Shown here piece after piece: positions 1-14,787 of a DNA stretch of 64,000 nt (positions are counted from its first letter, which is position 1; every line of letters begins with the position of its first letter). A program made the position numbers and the translations under genes. Under the pieces are notes generated by a model, which saw only the letters and a list, made by a program, of their open reading frames with translations, ran no database searches and was not told where the DNA came from. Origin of the DNA: the human T2T-CHM13v2.0 reference genome, Homo sapiens; NCBI RefSeq assembly GCF_009914755.1, contig NC_060929.1. One strand, given 5' to 3'.

Positions 1-177
1 CTCCCGAGTAGCAGGGACTATAGGCACGTGCCACCATGTCCAGCTAATTTTTGTATTTGTAGTAGAGACAGGGTTTCACCATGTTGGCCAGCATGGTCTC
101 AATCTCTTGACCTCATGATCCGCCCACCTCAGCCTCCCAAAGTGCTGGGATTACAGGCGTGAGCCACTGCGCCCAGC
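1..177 (-). mobile_element. AluS, cut by window edge, inserted in MER1A
   Basis: Reverse-complement Alu left arm ending ...GGGATTACAGGCGTGAGCCACTGCGCCCAGC. Confidence 0.95.
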
Positions 178-523
178 TGGTATTAGATTTTCATAGGAGT
201 ATGAACCCTACTGTGAACTGTGCATGTGAGGAATCTGGGTTGTGGGCTCCTTTTGAGAATCTAATGCCCGATGATCTGTCGCTATCTCCCATCACTCCTA
301 GATGGGACCGTCTAGTTGCAGGAAAACAAGCTCAGGGCTCCCACTGACTCTACATTATGGTGAGTTATATAATTATTTCATTGTGTATTGTAATAATAAT
401 AGAAATAAAGTGCACAATAAATGTAATGAGCTGGGATCATCTTGAAACCACCCTGCCCCCAGTCTGTGGAAAAATTGTCTCCCATGAAACTGGTCCCTGG
501 TGCCAAAAAGATTGGGGACAGCT
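178..523 (+). mobile_element. MER1A (hAT-Charlie) right part
   Basis: TTAGATTTTCATAGGAG...GAGAATCTAATGCC...TGGTCCCTGGTGCCAAAAAGATTGGGGACAGCTG, with the longer MER1A internal segment. Confidence 0.85.
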
Positions 524-593
524 GATTTAGAGTACTGTTACATCTCCTTTCACCCTCCTTCTCCTGTATCCCTAAGGCAGTAATAGACACTAA

Positions 594-924
<331 letters not shown>

Positions 925-965
925 TAAGTTCAGGGGTAAAGCAAGGGTACTGGGGGACAAGACTA

Positions 966-1174
<209 letters not shown>

Positions 1175-1229
1175 GATGAGGGAGGGATTGGAGTGTGCAT
1201 TGCCCATTTTATTTTATTTTTTCATCATA

Positions 1230-1400
1230 ATTATTAGCTATTCCTGGATTGAGCATTTTCCATGTGCCAGGAATGTTGTTAGGCACCTCACATGCGCTGT
1301 GACGTGCAATCTTCAGAGCAACTCCCTGAGGGAGGGACTGTTCATTATCACCCGGTAATGAATCTGAGCAGAGGAGTTGAGCGGACCATGAAAGAGACTC
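1230..1400 (-). mobile_element. MIR fragment
   Basis: TGAGCATTTTCCATGTGCCAGG...GAATCTGAGCAGAGGAGTTGAG resembles antisense MIR. Confidence 0.55.
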
Positions 1401-1491
1401 AGGATCACAAAATAGCAAATCTGCAAGGAATTTTAGAGATGATTTAGTCCAAGGGTCTATCCTGTGCTTTAGTTTAAAAAGAGACAGAAAG

Positions 1492-1660
1492 GGCTGGGTG
1501 CCATGGCTCACACCTGTAATCCCAGCACTTCAGGAGGCCTAAGCAGGGGGATCCCTTGAGCCCAGGAGTTCGTGGTTACAGTGAGCTATGATTGCATCAC
1601 TGTACTGTAGCCTGAGCAAAAGAATGAGACTCTGTCTAAACAAAAAAAAAAAAAAAAAAA
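1492..1660 (+). mobile_element. FRAM/FAM-type Alu monomer
   Basis: Single monomer GGCTGGGTGCC...TTACAGTGAGCTATGATTG...GAGACTCTGTCT followed by poly(A). Confidence 0.85.
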
Positions 1661-1954
1661 GGAGAGAGAGAGAAGAAAAGGCAAAACTTTCCTGGAAGGA
1701 CAGCAGCTATGTGGGTGGTTTCTCAAAAATGAGGAAACGGGATAGTTTGGGGCAGGGGTCTGTGCCACAGGCTTTGGAGAAGAGACAGTGGGGTCAGGGC
1801 TTCTCAAAGCTGGAGCAAAGTCACCGCTAGAGCAGTGATGGGGGCTGCCTTGATCATAATTGCGCAACTAGCCTCTCTAGGGCGCTGCATTATTTCCAAC
1901 CTACTTTTCATATCAAGTATAGTAGCTCCTCACAACTCATCTGTGAGAAGGTCT

Positions 1955-2400
1955 TTCAGTTGAATTCTTTTGGTAGAATCTAAGGAAAATCAGCTTAAAC
2001 TAGCCTAAGCTGAAAAGAGGGATTTATTATGAAGATATAGTATGTTCCACAGAACCCAATTCAAAGGCAAAGTGGCCTCAGGAAGGAACCGGTACTAGAG
2101 ACTCAGCTATTGTTAGAACTTGCCCTGCCTCTCTAATTACTATTCCCCCTGACCTCCTGCCTGTTACCTTTTGCTTGTCTGGTCCAGATGGGGGTAGAAA
2201 ATGCCCAACCCATAGCTTCTGAGCTTAGATATTAGGTCCCTTTTTCCCTCAGGTCTATATGTCAACAAAAGAGACTCTGAGTGGTCCAGCTTGGATCAGG
2301 TTCCCATCCTGATGCAATCAAGATGAGTCAGGGGATGGGGTCATGTTGTCCATCATGACTACTGGGTGCCCCAGGGAGAAGTGGCCGAGCAGACAACTCA
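1955..2400 (-). mobile_element. Old MaLR LTR (MLT1J/K/L-like), degraded
   Basis: AAACTAGCCTAAGCTGAAAAGAGGGATTTATT and CCAGCTTGGATCAGGTTCCCATCCTG motifs typical of antisense old MLT1. Confidence 0.55.
2167..2365 (+). repeat. Copy 1 of ~200-bp direct duplication (copy 2 at 3850-4044)
   Basis: Hand alignment, about 26 differences over ~199 nt (~87%). Confidence 0.95.
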
Positions 2401-2739
2401 ACAGATGTCTTACCCATGGCAGCCTGCTGTGTAACACAAGTATACATTATCCCATATGTACAAATTTTCAAAGATGCCTCTGCCTAACAAGGCTCAACTA
2501 TTCCAGTGACAATCCCAAATGTACTCTCTTTCCCCAACAGAAGAAAATTCAACCCAATAACTCATATCCAGCCACTGTAGGCAATACTGGGGTCCTGGCA
2601 CCAGGGTTCATAGACAGTGCCATCTTTTTCCATATAAGGGAATATTGACCCCTTTGACATATAACATGATGGTCTCAGGGTCCAGGGCTTAGGAAGTGGA
2701 TCTATTTGGATACCATTATTTAACCTATCACAAGTAGCT

Positions 2740-3212
<473 letters not shown>

Positions 3213-3383
3213 TGCACAGGCTTTCTCTTCTGTCTGCATCTTGTGGTGAGTTGTTCTTGGACTGGGGCACAGCTGCACACACCATGGGGTCGTGTTCTGC
3301 TAGAGGGACTCACCCAGGATCTCTGCTTTCATAGGGAAGGGTGGCTTTGCCCAGGAGAATAAGCACCTTGGGTTCGGTTGCCT

Positions 3384-3851
3384 GGCACCCTACGACTAGG
3401 TGCCAGATATTCAGAGGCCACGTGCCTGCCCTGGCTCAATCAGTTGGCAAAGGCCCTCTGTCTGGCACCTGGGGACCCTGGCCGTGCCTTTTCCCATGGG
3501 AAGTTGAATCCAGGCGCAACCCTTTTCTCTGGCAGTTGTGTGTGTGGAGAGGGTGGCCTGGCACGGCTGAGTCCTTGCACCTCACTTCCTGTTGCCAGGA
3601 AATGGAAACACGGAAAAGTACTCATAGTCGCCCATTGGGCAGGCCTGGACTTCTGCACAGCTGAAAATTGTAGAAATAGGATGTTAGGTCTAATTCCAAA
3701 GCCAGTTCTCTCAGCTACATATTCTTCTGCTCCTTCCCATGGGAAAAGGCACAGCCAGCATCTCCGGGTGCCAGACAGAGGGCCTTTCCCAACTGATTGA
3801 GCCGGGGCGGGCACCTTACCTCTGAACATCCAGCATCTAGTGCAGGGTGCC
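3384..3851. repeat. Long inverted repeat, arms 3384-3503 and 3733-3851, spacer 229 bp
   Basis: Arm 2 reverse complement aligns to arm 1 with ~17 differences in 120 nt; the ORF track shows AQSVGKGPLSGT...CLFPWE on both strands. Confidence 0.95.
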
Positions 3852-4044
3852 TTTGCTAGTCTGGTCCAGACAGGGGGTAGAAAATGCCCATCCCATAGCG
3901 TCTGAGCTTGGATATTAGGTCCTTTCCTCCCAGGTCTATATGTCAGCAAAAGAGAGCCTCAGTAGTCTAGCTTGGGTCAGGTGCCCACCCTGAGGCAATC
4001 AGATGATTCAGGGGATGGGGTCATATTGCCATCATGACTACTGG
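3850..4044 (+). repeat. Copy 2 of ~200-bp direct duplication
   Basis: GTCTGGTCCAGA...GGGGATGGGGTCAT...CATCATGACTACTGG shared with 2167-2365. Confidence 0.95.
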
Positions 4045-4801
4045 CTTGATAGGTGGTGACCCTATCACCACCTATGGTGCACTGAGACAGGGATTGCTTT
4101 GGAAGGCAGCCACCACTTGGACTGAGGTAGGACAGCAGGCAGGCAGGGGCAGGATCAGGGGCAGGTCAGGAATCGGGACAAACCAGGATGTGGTCCACAT
4201 GGCCAAGGTAAAGACAGGAGCTTCAGGAAGAGCCTTCGGGTGTGGCCAGACCTGAGCTGGAAGCCATGGCCAGGCTGCTCACAGGGAGACCTGTTTTGGA
4301 TGGAGATGAACTGTTAAGTTGTTTGTTTTTCAGTGAACTGCCCCACCCAAGAATGTTCCAGTCATGTCTTAAAAGGCTTAGCCCCTCCAGAGAGGGTCTG
4401 GTTTCCCTGAGTCAGTGATTTTGTCGCCTTCTGTCTAAGAATCCTGCCAGTTTGTCTCCAAAAGAGTGTTTGCCCTTGGGGCGGATGGGGGCTCAGCCGG
4501 CTCTGGACTGAGACTCAGTCCTCTTAGGCTTTGATTCAGTAACTTTCCAATTCCCTCCCACAGCACTGGGGCCACAGGTGGGCGTTTGGCTTAAACCTGA
4601 AACTAACCCCATTGGCTCCAGTCACCAGAGCTGTCTGCACATAACAGGTATCCATGCATGTTGCCAACCAACAGCTCTTATCTTGGGGTGGCTTGGCTGT
4701 CAACCAGGCCAGGGGAGCTGACTGCTGGAGGCCTCATCTCAGAAGCAAAGAAAAGCATCGTGTCCTTGCTCTAGTGTTTTCCAAGGACTCTAGTAAGTGC
4801 C

Positions 4802-5157
4802 TGATATGGTTTGGCTGTGTCCCCACTCAAATCTCATCTTGAATTCCCACATGTTGTGGGAGGGACCCAGTGGGAGGTAGTTGAATCATGGGGACAAGTC
4901 TTTCCCGTGCTGTTCTTGTGATAGTGAATAAGTCTCACGAGATCTTATGGTTTTATAAAGAGGAGTTCCCCTGCACAAGTTCTCTCTCTTTGCTTGCTCC
5001 TATTTATATAAGAGATGACGTGCTCCTCCTTGCCTTCCACCATGATTGTGAGGCCTCCCCAGCCATGCGGAACTGTAAGTCCATTGAACCTCTTTCTTTT
5101 GTAAACTGCCCAGTCTCAGGTATATCTTTATCAGCAGTGTGAGAACAGACTAATACA
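4802..5157 (+). mobile_element. THE1 solo LTR (THE1C-like)
   Basis: TGATATGGTTTGGCTGTGTCCCC...CAGACTAATACA; perfect 5-bp TSD GTGCC. Confidence 0.95.
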
Positions 5158-5925
5158 GTGCCTTTCAAACATGTTTGCAATGATGTTTTCAGTGTGTGCC
5201 CACCTCTCTTTGGTGAATCCATGAAGAATATTTAGCACAAATCTCAACAATTGTGTAGATCAAGAACAAGTTATTGGTATCCCAGTTTCCAATTCAAATA
5301 ACAGCGCAAGTTTATTTGGCTTGATTTCCCCAGGGCTTACCTTTTTCCCACAAAATTTCATATATTTAAATGTGTTCAGTCTCCAAAACAGCATAATAGT
5401 CATTACAGAGAAGGTTGATTGTGTTTTCTGAACAAAAAGTACAATTTTTGCTACTTTTTAGAGTCAGTCTGGGAGGTGTAATTGGAGGCAGAAATATTTA
5501 AGTTTGGGCTGGTCTATTAAAAGATCACAGAACACATTATTTGAATTGTGGCTGCCCCAAAAGTACATTCAGGTCATTTGATGGAGATCCTGGCGTCCAT
5601 TGAGTCCAACATTCACCCCACGTTTTATGTGTATCTGGCAGAAGCAGACTCAGTAACAATGTAGGAGGCCTAGCCAGTGACATTCTTTCTTGCCATAGTA
5701 ATCTCTATTTCTTTCTTCTTATTGTTCTTAGAGTCCCAGTGGAGAAGATTGGGCTTGGCAGTGAAAGAGCTAAAACAGGTGAAGGGCCAGGACGAAAGGC
5801 AGGATGTGTAAAGTTCCTGGACAAATAATAATTAGTAATAAAAATAAGAACAAGCACAGCAACAGGTAGTACTTATCACTTATATGCTATGTGCCATACT
5901 ATGCTGGGTGCTTGACGTGGGTTAC

Positions 5926-7044
5926 CTCATTCATTCATCCAATTGTTCAGCAGTTACTAATGTGTCAAGCAACATTCCAGGTACCAAGGGCACAGCAATG
6001 AGTAAAACAAAGTCCTTGCTCTTGTGGAGTTTGCACTCTAGTAGGGAGATAGACAACAAACAAATACATACATAATGCCAAGGAGATGAGTGCTAAGAGA
6101 GAAAATAAATCTGAGCATGGGAAAGAGGGGGTTGGAGGGTCCCAGGGGAGGTCGCTCTGTTGAGTAGGTATCTGTCTGCTTTGCAGGCAGTCAACAACAG
6201 GCCCTGAGCCTGGGAAGGGCTTCACAATGCATGGTAGGGGATGAAGGCCATGGGGTAGCTAGGGATCCCAGTGAAATGGAGAAGCCACTGGAGATTGTTG
6301 AGCAGGGACATATTTTGAGATTGTCTTTGAAGGAATCACTCTGCCTGCTTGGTGGAGAAGAGGCTGGGGAAGGGATGGGAGGAGGCAGGGAGACTGCTTC
6401 ACAGGCTACTCCAATAGTTGGGGAAGAGATGGTGATGGCATGAAGCTTGAGCTAAAACTGGGGGAGGTGAGAAATGGTGGGTTTGGGATCTTCTCTGAAG
6501 TTACAGTGGTGGCAAAATAGCTCATGGACTTGAATGTGGTGTGAGAGCAAGAGAAGAGTCAGGGATGTCATCTAAGTTTTTGGCTGGAGCTCAAACTAGG
6601 GGTACCATTTCCTAACATGAGTGCCCGAGGGAGGAGCTGGTCTGGAAATGGAAATCAAGCATTTGGAGTGGATGTACTGCCTTTGTGCTGCTCTGTAGAC
6701 ATCAGGTAGAGATGTCATAGACAGAGCTGAGTGCCTAAACTAGTCTGGAGCTCAGAGGGGAGGCTCGAGATTGAGATTTAGGAGCCATCAGCAGAAATGT
6801 GGTCCCTGAGGTCAGAGGCCTGGATGACCAACAAAGGAGGGAGAAGATGTGAGGTCCAAGAACCAACTTCTCAGTACTCCAAGCTTCACACATAGGAAAG
6901 GGACAGATGCTGAGGGGAGTTGAAGGAGGGAAGGAAACCAGAAGAGAGTGCTTATTTTGACAGCAAATGGAGCAAGTGCACTAATAAACTCAGTATCATG
7001 AGTACTGAGAATTGACCACAGGGTTTAGCAATGTGGATTTCATT
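5926..7044 (-). mobile_element. L2 (L2a-like) 3' portion
   Basis: CATTCATTCATCC tail; CACAGCAATGAGTAAAACAAAGTCCTTGC; GAAGCCACTGGAG; TGACCACAGGGTTTAGCAATGTGGA. Confidence 0.8.
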
Positions 7045-7090
7045 AGTCTCAAAACCTTATGTGGTAGACATTGTTATTTTCCTCATTTTT

Positions 7091-7412
7091 CTTTCTTTCT
7101 TTTTCTTTCTCTTTTTTTTTTTTTTTGAGATGGAGTCTCTCTCTGTTGCCCAGGCTGGAGTATAGTGGCGTGATCTCAGCTCCCTGCAACCTCCACCTCC
7201 TGGGTTCAAATTCTCCTGCCTCAGGCTCCCAAGTAGCTGGGATTACAAGTGCCTACCAGCACGCCTGGCTATTTTTTTTTTTTTGTATTTTTAGTAGAGA
7301 CGGGGTTTCACCGTGTTGGCTAGGCTGGTTTCGAACTCCTGACCTCAAGTGATCTGCCCGCCTCGCCCTCCCAAAGTGCTAGGATTACAGGCATGAGCCA
7401 CCGCACCCGGCC
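7091..7412 (-). mobile_element. AluS
   Basis: Full length; TSD ATTTTCCTCATTTTT. Confidence 0.95.
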
Positions 7413-8026
7413 ATTTTCCTCATTTTTCAGAGTAGAAAGCCAAGACTCAGAGAGACTTAAGTAACTTGCCTGGATGGAAAACAGTATGGAGGCGCCTCAA
7501 AAAATTAAAAATAGAACTACCATATGATCCAGCATCCCCACTACCGGGTATCTATCCAGAGGAAATATAATCAGTATATCAAAGAGATGTCTGCACTCCC
7601 ATGTTCATTGCAGCACTGTTTACAATAGCTGAGATATGAAATCAACCAAAGTGTCCATCAATGGATGAATGAATAAGGGAGGTATGGTATACAAACACCG
7701 TGGAATACCATTCAGCCTTAAAAAAGAAGAAAATCTTGTCATTTGCTACAACATAGATGAACATGGAGAATATTATGTTAAGTAAAATAAGTCCAGCATA
7801 GAAAGACAAATACCACATGATCTCACTTATATGTGAAATGTAAACAAGTCAAAGTCATAGAACTAGAGAGTAGAATGGTGGTTACTATTTTGGGGAAGAC
7901 TAGGGAGATGTTGGTCAAAGGACATAAAGCTTCACTTGGATGGGAAGAGTAAGTTCAACAAATCCATTGTACATCACGGTAACTACAGTTAGTAACATAT
8001 ATAGTATGTAAGAGAGTAGATTTTAG

Positions 8027-8378
<352 letters not shown>

Positions 8379-8380
8379 CT

Positions 8381-8694
<314 letters not shown>

Positions 8695-8764
8695 TAAACA
8701 GTGTGATTTAGCATTCCACAATGTATGCATTTATCAATGTACATCATAAATATATACAATTTGC

Positions 8765-9056
<292 letters not shown>

Positions 9057-9846
9057 AAATATATACAATTTTTACTAGTCAATTAAGAAAAAAAAATATG
9101 CAGCAAGTTGCCTGAGCTCACATCGTCAAGTGACACAGCCAGGATTTACACCCAGGCTCTCTAACGTCAGAGGCTGCCAGGTCCATGCCCAGGGCTACTC
9201 TGGAGACACACATTTCCCTTCTTACTACCAGTTGTAGAGTCCTGGGCTTTTTACCTCACCTCTACCAGGTAAACAGCAGCAGTGCTCCAGGGAAGAAGCC
9301 TAGCCCACTTCACCTCTGTTTGCAGGATGATAGATTCCTGCCGAATTTTCAGAGAATGATTCGAAATGAGGCCAGAGAGAGGATAATGGAGAGCATTTAG
9401 AAGCCTGCCTTACTACTTATCTTTGGTTTTAGCTCATGATTGCTTAAAAAATTTCTTATTAGCATGAGAGAGAGAGAGAGAGGAAAAGAAGACTGAAAAT
9501 AAACATTTTTTACACCAAAAAATGTAGTGGGAGATTTGTAGGCTTTTCTGCCAGACTGCAGGCTACAAGACAGATTTGTGGGTAAAACCTAAGCTCTTCG
9601 TGTTTGTTCTTTCTCATTTCGTCTCTTGTATGCTTAGTGCACATTAAAGAAAAGCTAATTAGGCTATGATAGGAAAAGCACAAATAATCCTCATTCCTAA
9701 ACAATGCTATCTATTCACTGCAAAATATTTGCATGAAAAGGTATTTTCTTATTTTGAGGGAAATAAAGGTAGCGAATGAACTGCCCTACTTTATATTTTA
9801 GTTTCTGACTGTATGTTCTTAAAATGTCTCAATAATCTGAACATAG

Positions 9847-10237
<391 letters not shown>

Positions 10238-10253
10238 AGATTCTTAATTTCAG

Positions 10254-10764
10254 TGTAAATTCGTTTCCTAGGGCTTCCACAACAAGTTACCAAACCCTGG
10301 GTGGCTTAAAACAACAGGATTTCAGGTTCTCGTCATCTGGAGGTCTGAAGTCTGGAGTCAAGGAATCAGCACGGCTCTGCTCACTCCGAAGGCTCCAGGA
10401 GAGAACCTTTCTTTGCTTCTTCCAGCATCTGGTGGCTGCAGGCATTCCCTGGATTGTGGCAAAGTAAATCCCTTTTCTGCTTCTGTCTTTATATGGTTTC
10501 TTCTCTGTGTGTTAAATCTGTCTCTGCCTTTCTTTGATGAGGACACTGTGATTGGATTTAGGGCCCACTCTAAATCCCAGATGGTCTCATTTTGAGATCA
10601 TTAGTTATGTCTGCAAACACCATTTTCCAAATAAGATCACATTCACAAGTTTTGATGCTTAGGATTTGAATATATGTTTTGGGGTCACCGTATTTTGGGG
10701 ACATATATTTATGGATCACTATTGGGGTGACCCATAGTGGATCACCATTCCACCCGCTGTACCA
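10254..10764 (-). mobile_element. MLT1B/C solo LTR
   Basis: GGGTGGCTTAAAACAACAG, CTTCCAGCATCTGGTGGCTGC, ATTGGATTTAGGGCCCAC, TTTCCAAATAAGATCACATTCACA. Confidence 0.85.
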
Positions 10765-10964
10765 TGTTACCCCTGAAGGCGGTGGGAAGGAATTAGAGGT
10801 TTGGGTGTGGTCTTCCTCTGATGTCCACTTCTTAAAGGTTTGCACACAATACCACATTCAAGATAATATCATACACATGTGTAAGTAGTCTAGCAAAACA
10901 AATGAGAGATAGAGAATGAGGTGGTTCACTTTGTCATCCCTCCTTGCAGGTGTCTGGTGCAACA

Positions 10965-11170
10965 GCAGAGTGGAAAGAGAATGTGTGGATCAGACATACC
11001 TGGGTGGAAACTGACTTTACCAACGACTGGCTGGCTGCAAGACCTTGGCGATTATCCTTAACCTAGCCTCAGTCTCAACCTGTGGTAACTGAGTCCTAAT
11101 CCTGACCTCAGAATGTCCTGTCCCTGGGAAATTAGAGGTGCCAAATGTGGAACCCCTTGCACAATGCCTA
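10965..11170 (+). mobile_element. MIR
   Basis: TCAGACATACCTGGGT...GACCTTGGC...CTTAACCTAGCCTCAGT core. Confidence 0.6.
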
Positions 11171-12261
11171 CACGATTCCACAAATGTCAGTGTCTCCCTT
11201 CTTTCCGTGCTGAGCCAGGATGCCTGTCTTCCCTCCTGGTGCCATTTCAGCATTTAGTTTTTCATCCTTGGAGCTCCCCAGCTACAGGAAGAAGCAGGAG
11301 CCGTGGTCTGGCTCCTCATATCTTTGGCCAGTGAGTCTGCTCGAGCCCTCTGTTCCACCAGGATGCTTCCAGTCCACGTATGCAGTCCTTCCTCTTTGGC
11401 TGCCTCTGTCTCTTGCCCAGAGACTGTAGTAGCTTTTCTCATCTGTTCGTTGAGACCCCCTGGTATTCAGCCTATCTCCTCCGTAAGGCATCCAGTAGTC
11501 TTGTGAGGAATACAAGGATAAGTCCCATAGTCCTTGCCTGAGGGATGGGACCCTGTTGATGGCTTCTGATGTCTCTGAGCTAGTTCATGAGGGGAATCCC
11601 AAGCTGGGCTTCGGGAGGCTGTGTGTGAAGTGGATTTAAGGGGCAAAGAATTGGAAGCAGCAAGGAGTAGGCCTGTCTGGCAGTTTAGGAACTGTGGACT
11701 GAACGAGGCTGCTGGTAACGGGAATGAAAAAGAAGGGTCTGGAGATAGGAGCCACAGGTTATGTGGTTGATTGGTGCTGGGCCATGGGCCATCCGAGTGG
11801 TGCAGGTGGTACCATCTTCTCAGCTGTGGTGAATGGCGGGCTATTCGGCTTGAGGAAGGAGCCCTGGACTACTGTGTGTGAGCCCAGCAGGTCCCCTAAT
11901 GTCTCTGAGCTCCTCTGTAAAATAATAAATAAATAAATAAATAAAACAAGCAAACAAACAAACACAAAGCCCCAGAAACTATAGGTTGTTTGGAAATATA
12001 ACTAAGATCATGGGCATAGGTCCAAGTAAATGTTATTAAATTCCATTGTTCTTTTGTAACATAATATAGGGCAATTTTAAGTTAGACACCTCTAGGGCAG
12101 AGAGCCCTTCTCTCAGTTCCACCATCATTATCCTTTAAGACATCTAGAGGAGCAATGAATGCGATCAAATGAAGGTAAAGTAATTTCAAATCAGTACCAA
12201 GGCTCTGACGCCCATCATATCCCGTCCAGTTGTTGACTTTTTTCACAAGAATTGGGCTGGG

Positions 12262-12428
12262 GCAGCGCTTCCCAAACCCTAATGGATTTCCCAATCCCCT
12301 GGGGATCTTGTTAAAATTCAGACTTGAATTCAGCCATTGTTGGCCAGGGCCCAAAATTCTGCATTTCTAGCAAATTCCCAGGTGATGCCAACATTGCAGC
12401 TCAGAGGACCACACTGTGAGTGGCAGGA
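12262..12428. mobile_element. MER5A/B (hAT-Charlie)
   Basis: CCTGGGGATCTTGTTAAAATTCAGA...CTGCATTTCTAGCAAATTCCCAGGTGATGC...GGACCACACTGTGAG. Confidence 0.8.
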
Positions 12429-12540
12429 GTGAGGTAGCACCCGGGATTCAGTCATTCAAATACTCTACGCCCCCAGGATTTCTTGAAAGCTATCAGCTGC
12501 AACTTCTCTCTCCTTTTTCACTGAAAGCTCATCTTCTTCT

Positions 12541-12842
12541 TCTTTTTTTTTTTTTTTTTGTCTTGAGACAGAGTCTCGCTGTGTCACCCAGGCCGGAGTG
12601 CAGTGACACAATCTCGGCTCACTGCAACCTCTGCCTCCCAAGTTCAAGTGATTCTCCTACCTCAGCCTCTTGAGTAGCTAGGACTACAGACATGCGCCAC
12701 CACAGTTAACTTTTGTATTTTTAGTAAAGACGGGGTTTCACCATGTTGGCCAGGCTGGTCTCAAACTCCTGACCTCAAGTGATCCATCTACCTCAGCCTC
12801 CCAACGTGCTGGGATTATAGGCATGAGCCACCTCTCCTGGCC
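12541..12842 (-). mobile_element. AluS
   Basis: Full length; TSD TCATCTTCTT. Confidence 0.95.
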
Positions 12843-13183
12843 TCATCTTCTTCAGGTCAGAATTGACAGAGAAGAATTTTCTTAGGGCAACTCATATAGA
12901 AGGGAGCCAGGGAGGCAAAGGAAAATTACTGCTTTGAGGAAAGCCATTTCTTCAAGCAGTTAACACAGTGACCCAGGATTACAGAAGGAAGTTTAGTCTG
13001 CCAGACTTTCATCCACATGTTTTAGGTATAGCAGTATGACTTCGTCTGATTCTCATCTGAAAGCCTAATTGATAATTTTGTTTTGTTTTAGTCTTATGTC
13101 CTATAAGATTTTCCTTAGATTCCACCTCCTCTGAGAGGCCTCTCCTTTTCTATTTTTTCTTCCTAACTCTCAATCCTCTATAA

Positions 13184-13508
13184 CAGGGACCCCCAGTGCC
13201 CAGGGTTGTGGACCTGTACTGGTCTGTGGCCTGTTAGCAGGAGGTGAGTGGCAGGCAAGTGAGCATGACCGCCTGAGCTCTACCTCCTTCACATAGTGGT
13301 GGCACTAGATTCTCATAGGAGTGAAAACCCTATTGTGAACTGCAGATGCAAGAGACGCAGGTTGCATGCTTCTTATGAGAATCTAACTAATGCCTGATGA
13401 TCCAAGGTGGAACAGTTTTATCCTGAAACCAACCTCCCCTACTCCATCTGCGGAAAAATTGTCTTCCATGAAACCGGTCCCTGGTGCCAAAAAGGTTGGG
13501 GACCGCTG
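13184..13508 (+). mobile_element. MER1B (hAT-Charlie), complete
   Basis: Ends CAGGGACCCCCA / TTGGGGACCGCTG; perfect 8-bp hAT TSD CTCTATAA. Confidence 0.92.
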
Positions 13509-13734
13509 CTCTATAATCTCCTTGGCCTCCAGTATCTGCCTGTATCCTAACTCTGGCTTCCCTGTATCTGGCCACCCTTTTGTGGGTCTCCTTCAGAGCA
13601 TAATCTCCTTGAAGGCAGAAAGGAGACTCTAGACCCTGTAGTCAGGGGTCTTAGAGAATGTCTGGCATATTCATAGACACTCCAGGTCTAGTAACAGTTA
13701 TATCAATAGTTATAAATTTGTTGAAGCAAAGACC

Positions 13735-13905
13735 CTTCACTAATCCTCATTTAATCCTAACATCGTGATGAATTTTTGCTGTCTCTCCATTTTGCAGACA
13801 CGGCAATGGCAGCTTAGAGAGGTTAAGCTACTTGAGTCACACCCGTGTCAGGTGGAGGAGCTGAACCTTGGATGCAGGAGTATCCGTTTCTACTGTCTCA
13901 ACTCT
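13735..13905 (-). mobile_element. MIR
   Basis: CTCATTTAATCCT...CCATTTTGCAGA...AGAGAGGTTAAG. Confidence 0.65.
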
Positions 13906-14119
13906 TCCTAACTGCTTTGGAATGACAGAATGAGGAAATGCACCCAACGTGAATTTTGCGTTCACCATTACCTGCAAAATGTCAGTGGCTAATGCCAGCT
14001 TTGGCTGACTGTCCTGATATCCAGAGCAATGGTTCCTAAATTTTGGTCCACGGTCCAGTGCCAGCTTAGGACCAAGGATTCACCAGTCTTTGATGTGAGG
14101 AAAATAAGAACATAAAATT

Positions 14120-14475
<356 letters not shown>

Positions 14476-14542
14476 CTATGAGATCATGTTCATTCATTTT
14501 TGAGAGTCAAGTGACCCTTCCTTTCATGAAATAATGGTGATA

Positions 14543-14787
14543 CCCTGAGGTCAGGAGTTCAAGACCAGCCTGGCCAACATGGTGAAACCCTGTCTCTACT
14601 AAAAATACAGAAATTAGCCGTATGTGGTGGCAGGTGCCTGTAATCGCAGCTACTCGGGAGGCTGAGGCAGGAGAATCTCTTGAACCTGGGAGAGGGGCTG
14701 TTGCAGTGAGCCAAGATCACACCACTGCACTCCAGCCTAGGCAACAGAGCGAAACTCCATCTCAAAAATAAATAAATAAATAAATAA
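14543..14787 (+). mobile_element. 5'-truncated AluS
   Basis: Starts at CCTGAGGTCAGG; 17-bp TSD ATGAAATAATGGTGATA shows the truncation arose at insertion. Confidence 0.95.

Noticed and set aside
3341-3949. Similar peptides on opposite strands suggesting a paralogous gene pair
   Set aside because: Fully explained by the DNA inverted repeat; there is no sign of coding function.
4505-4521. Palindrome GGACTGAG-A-CTCAGTCC
   Set aside because: 8-bp arms are expected by chance in 64 kb and there is no supporting context.
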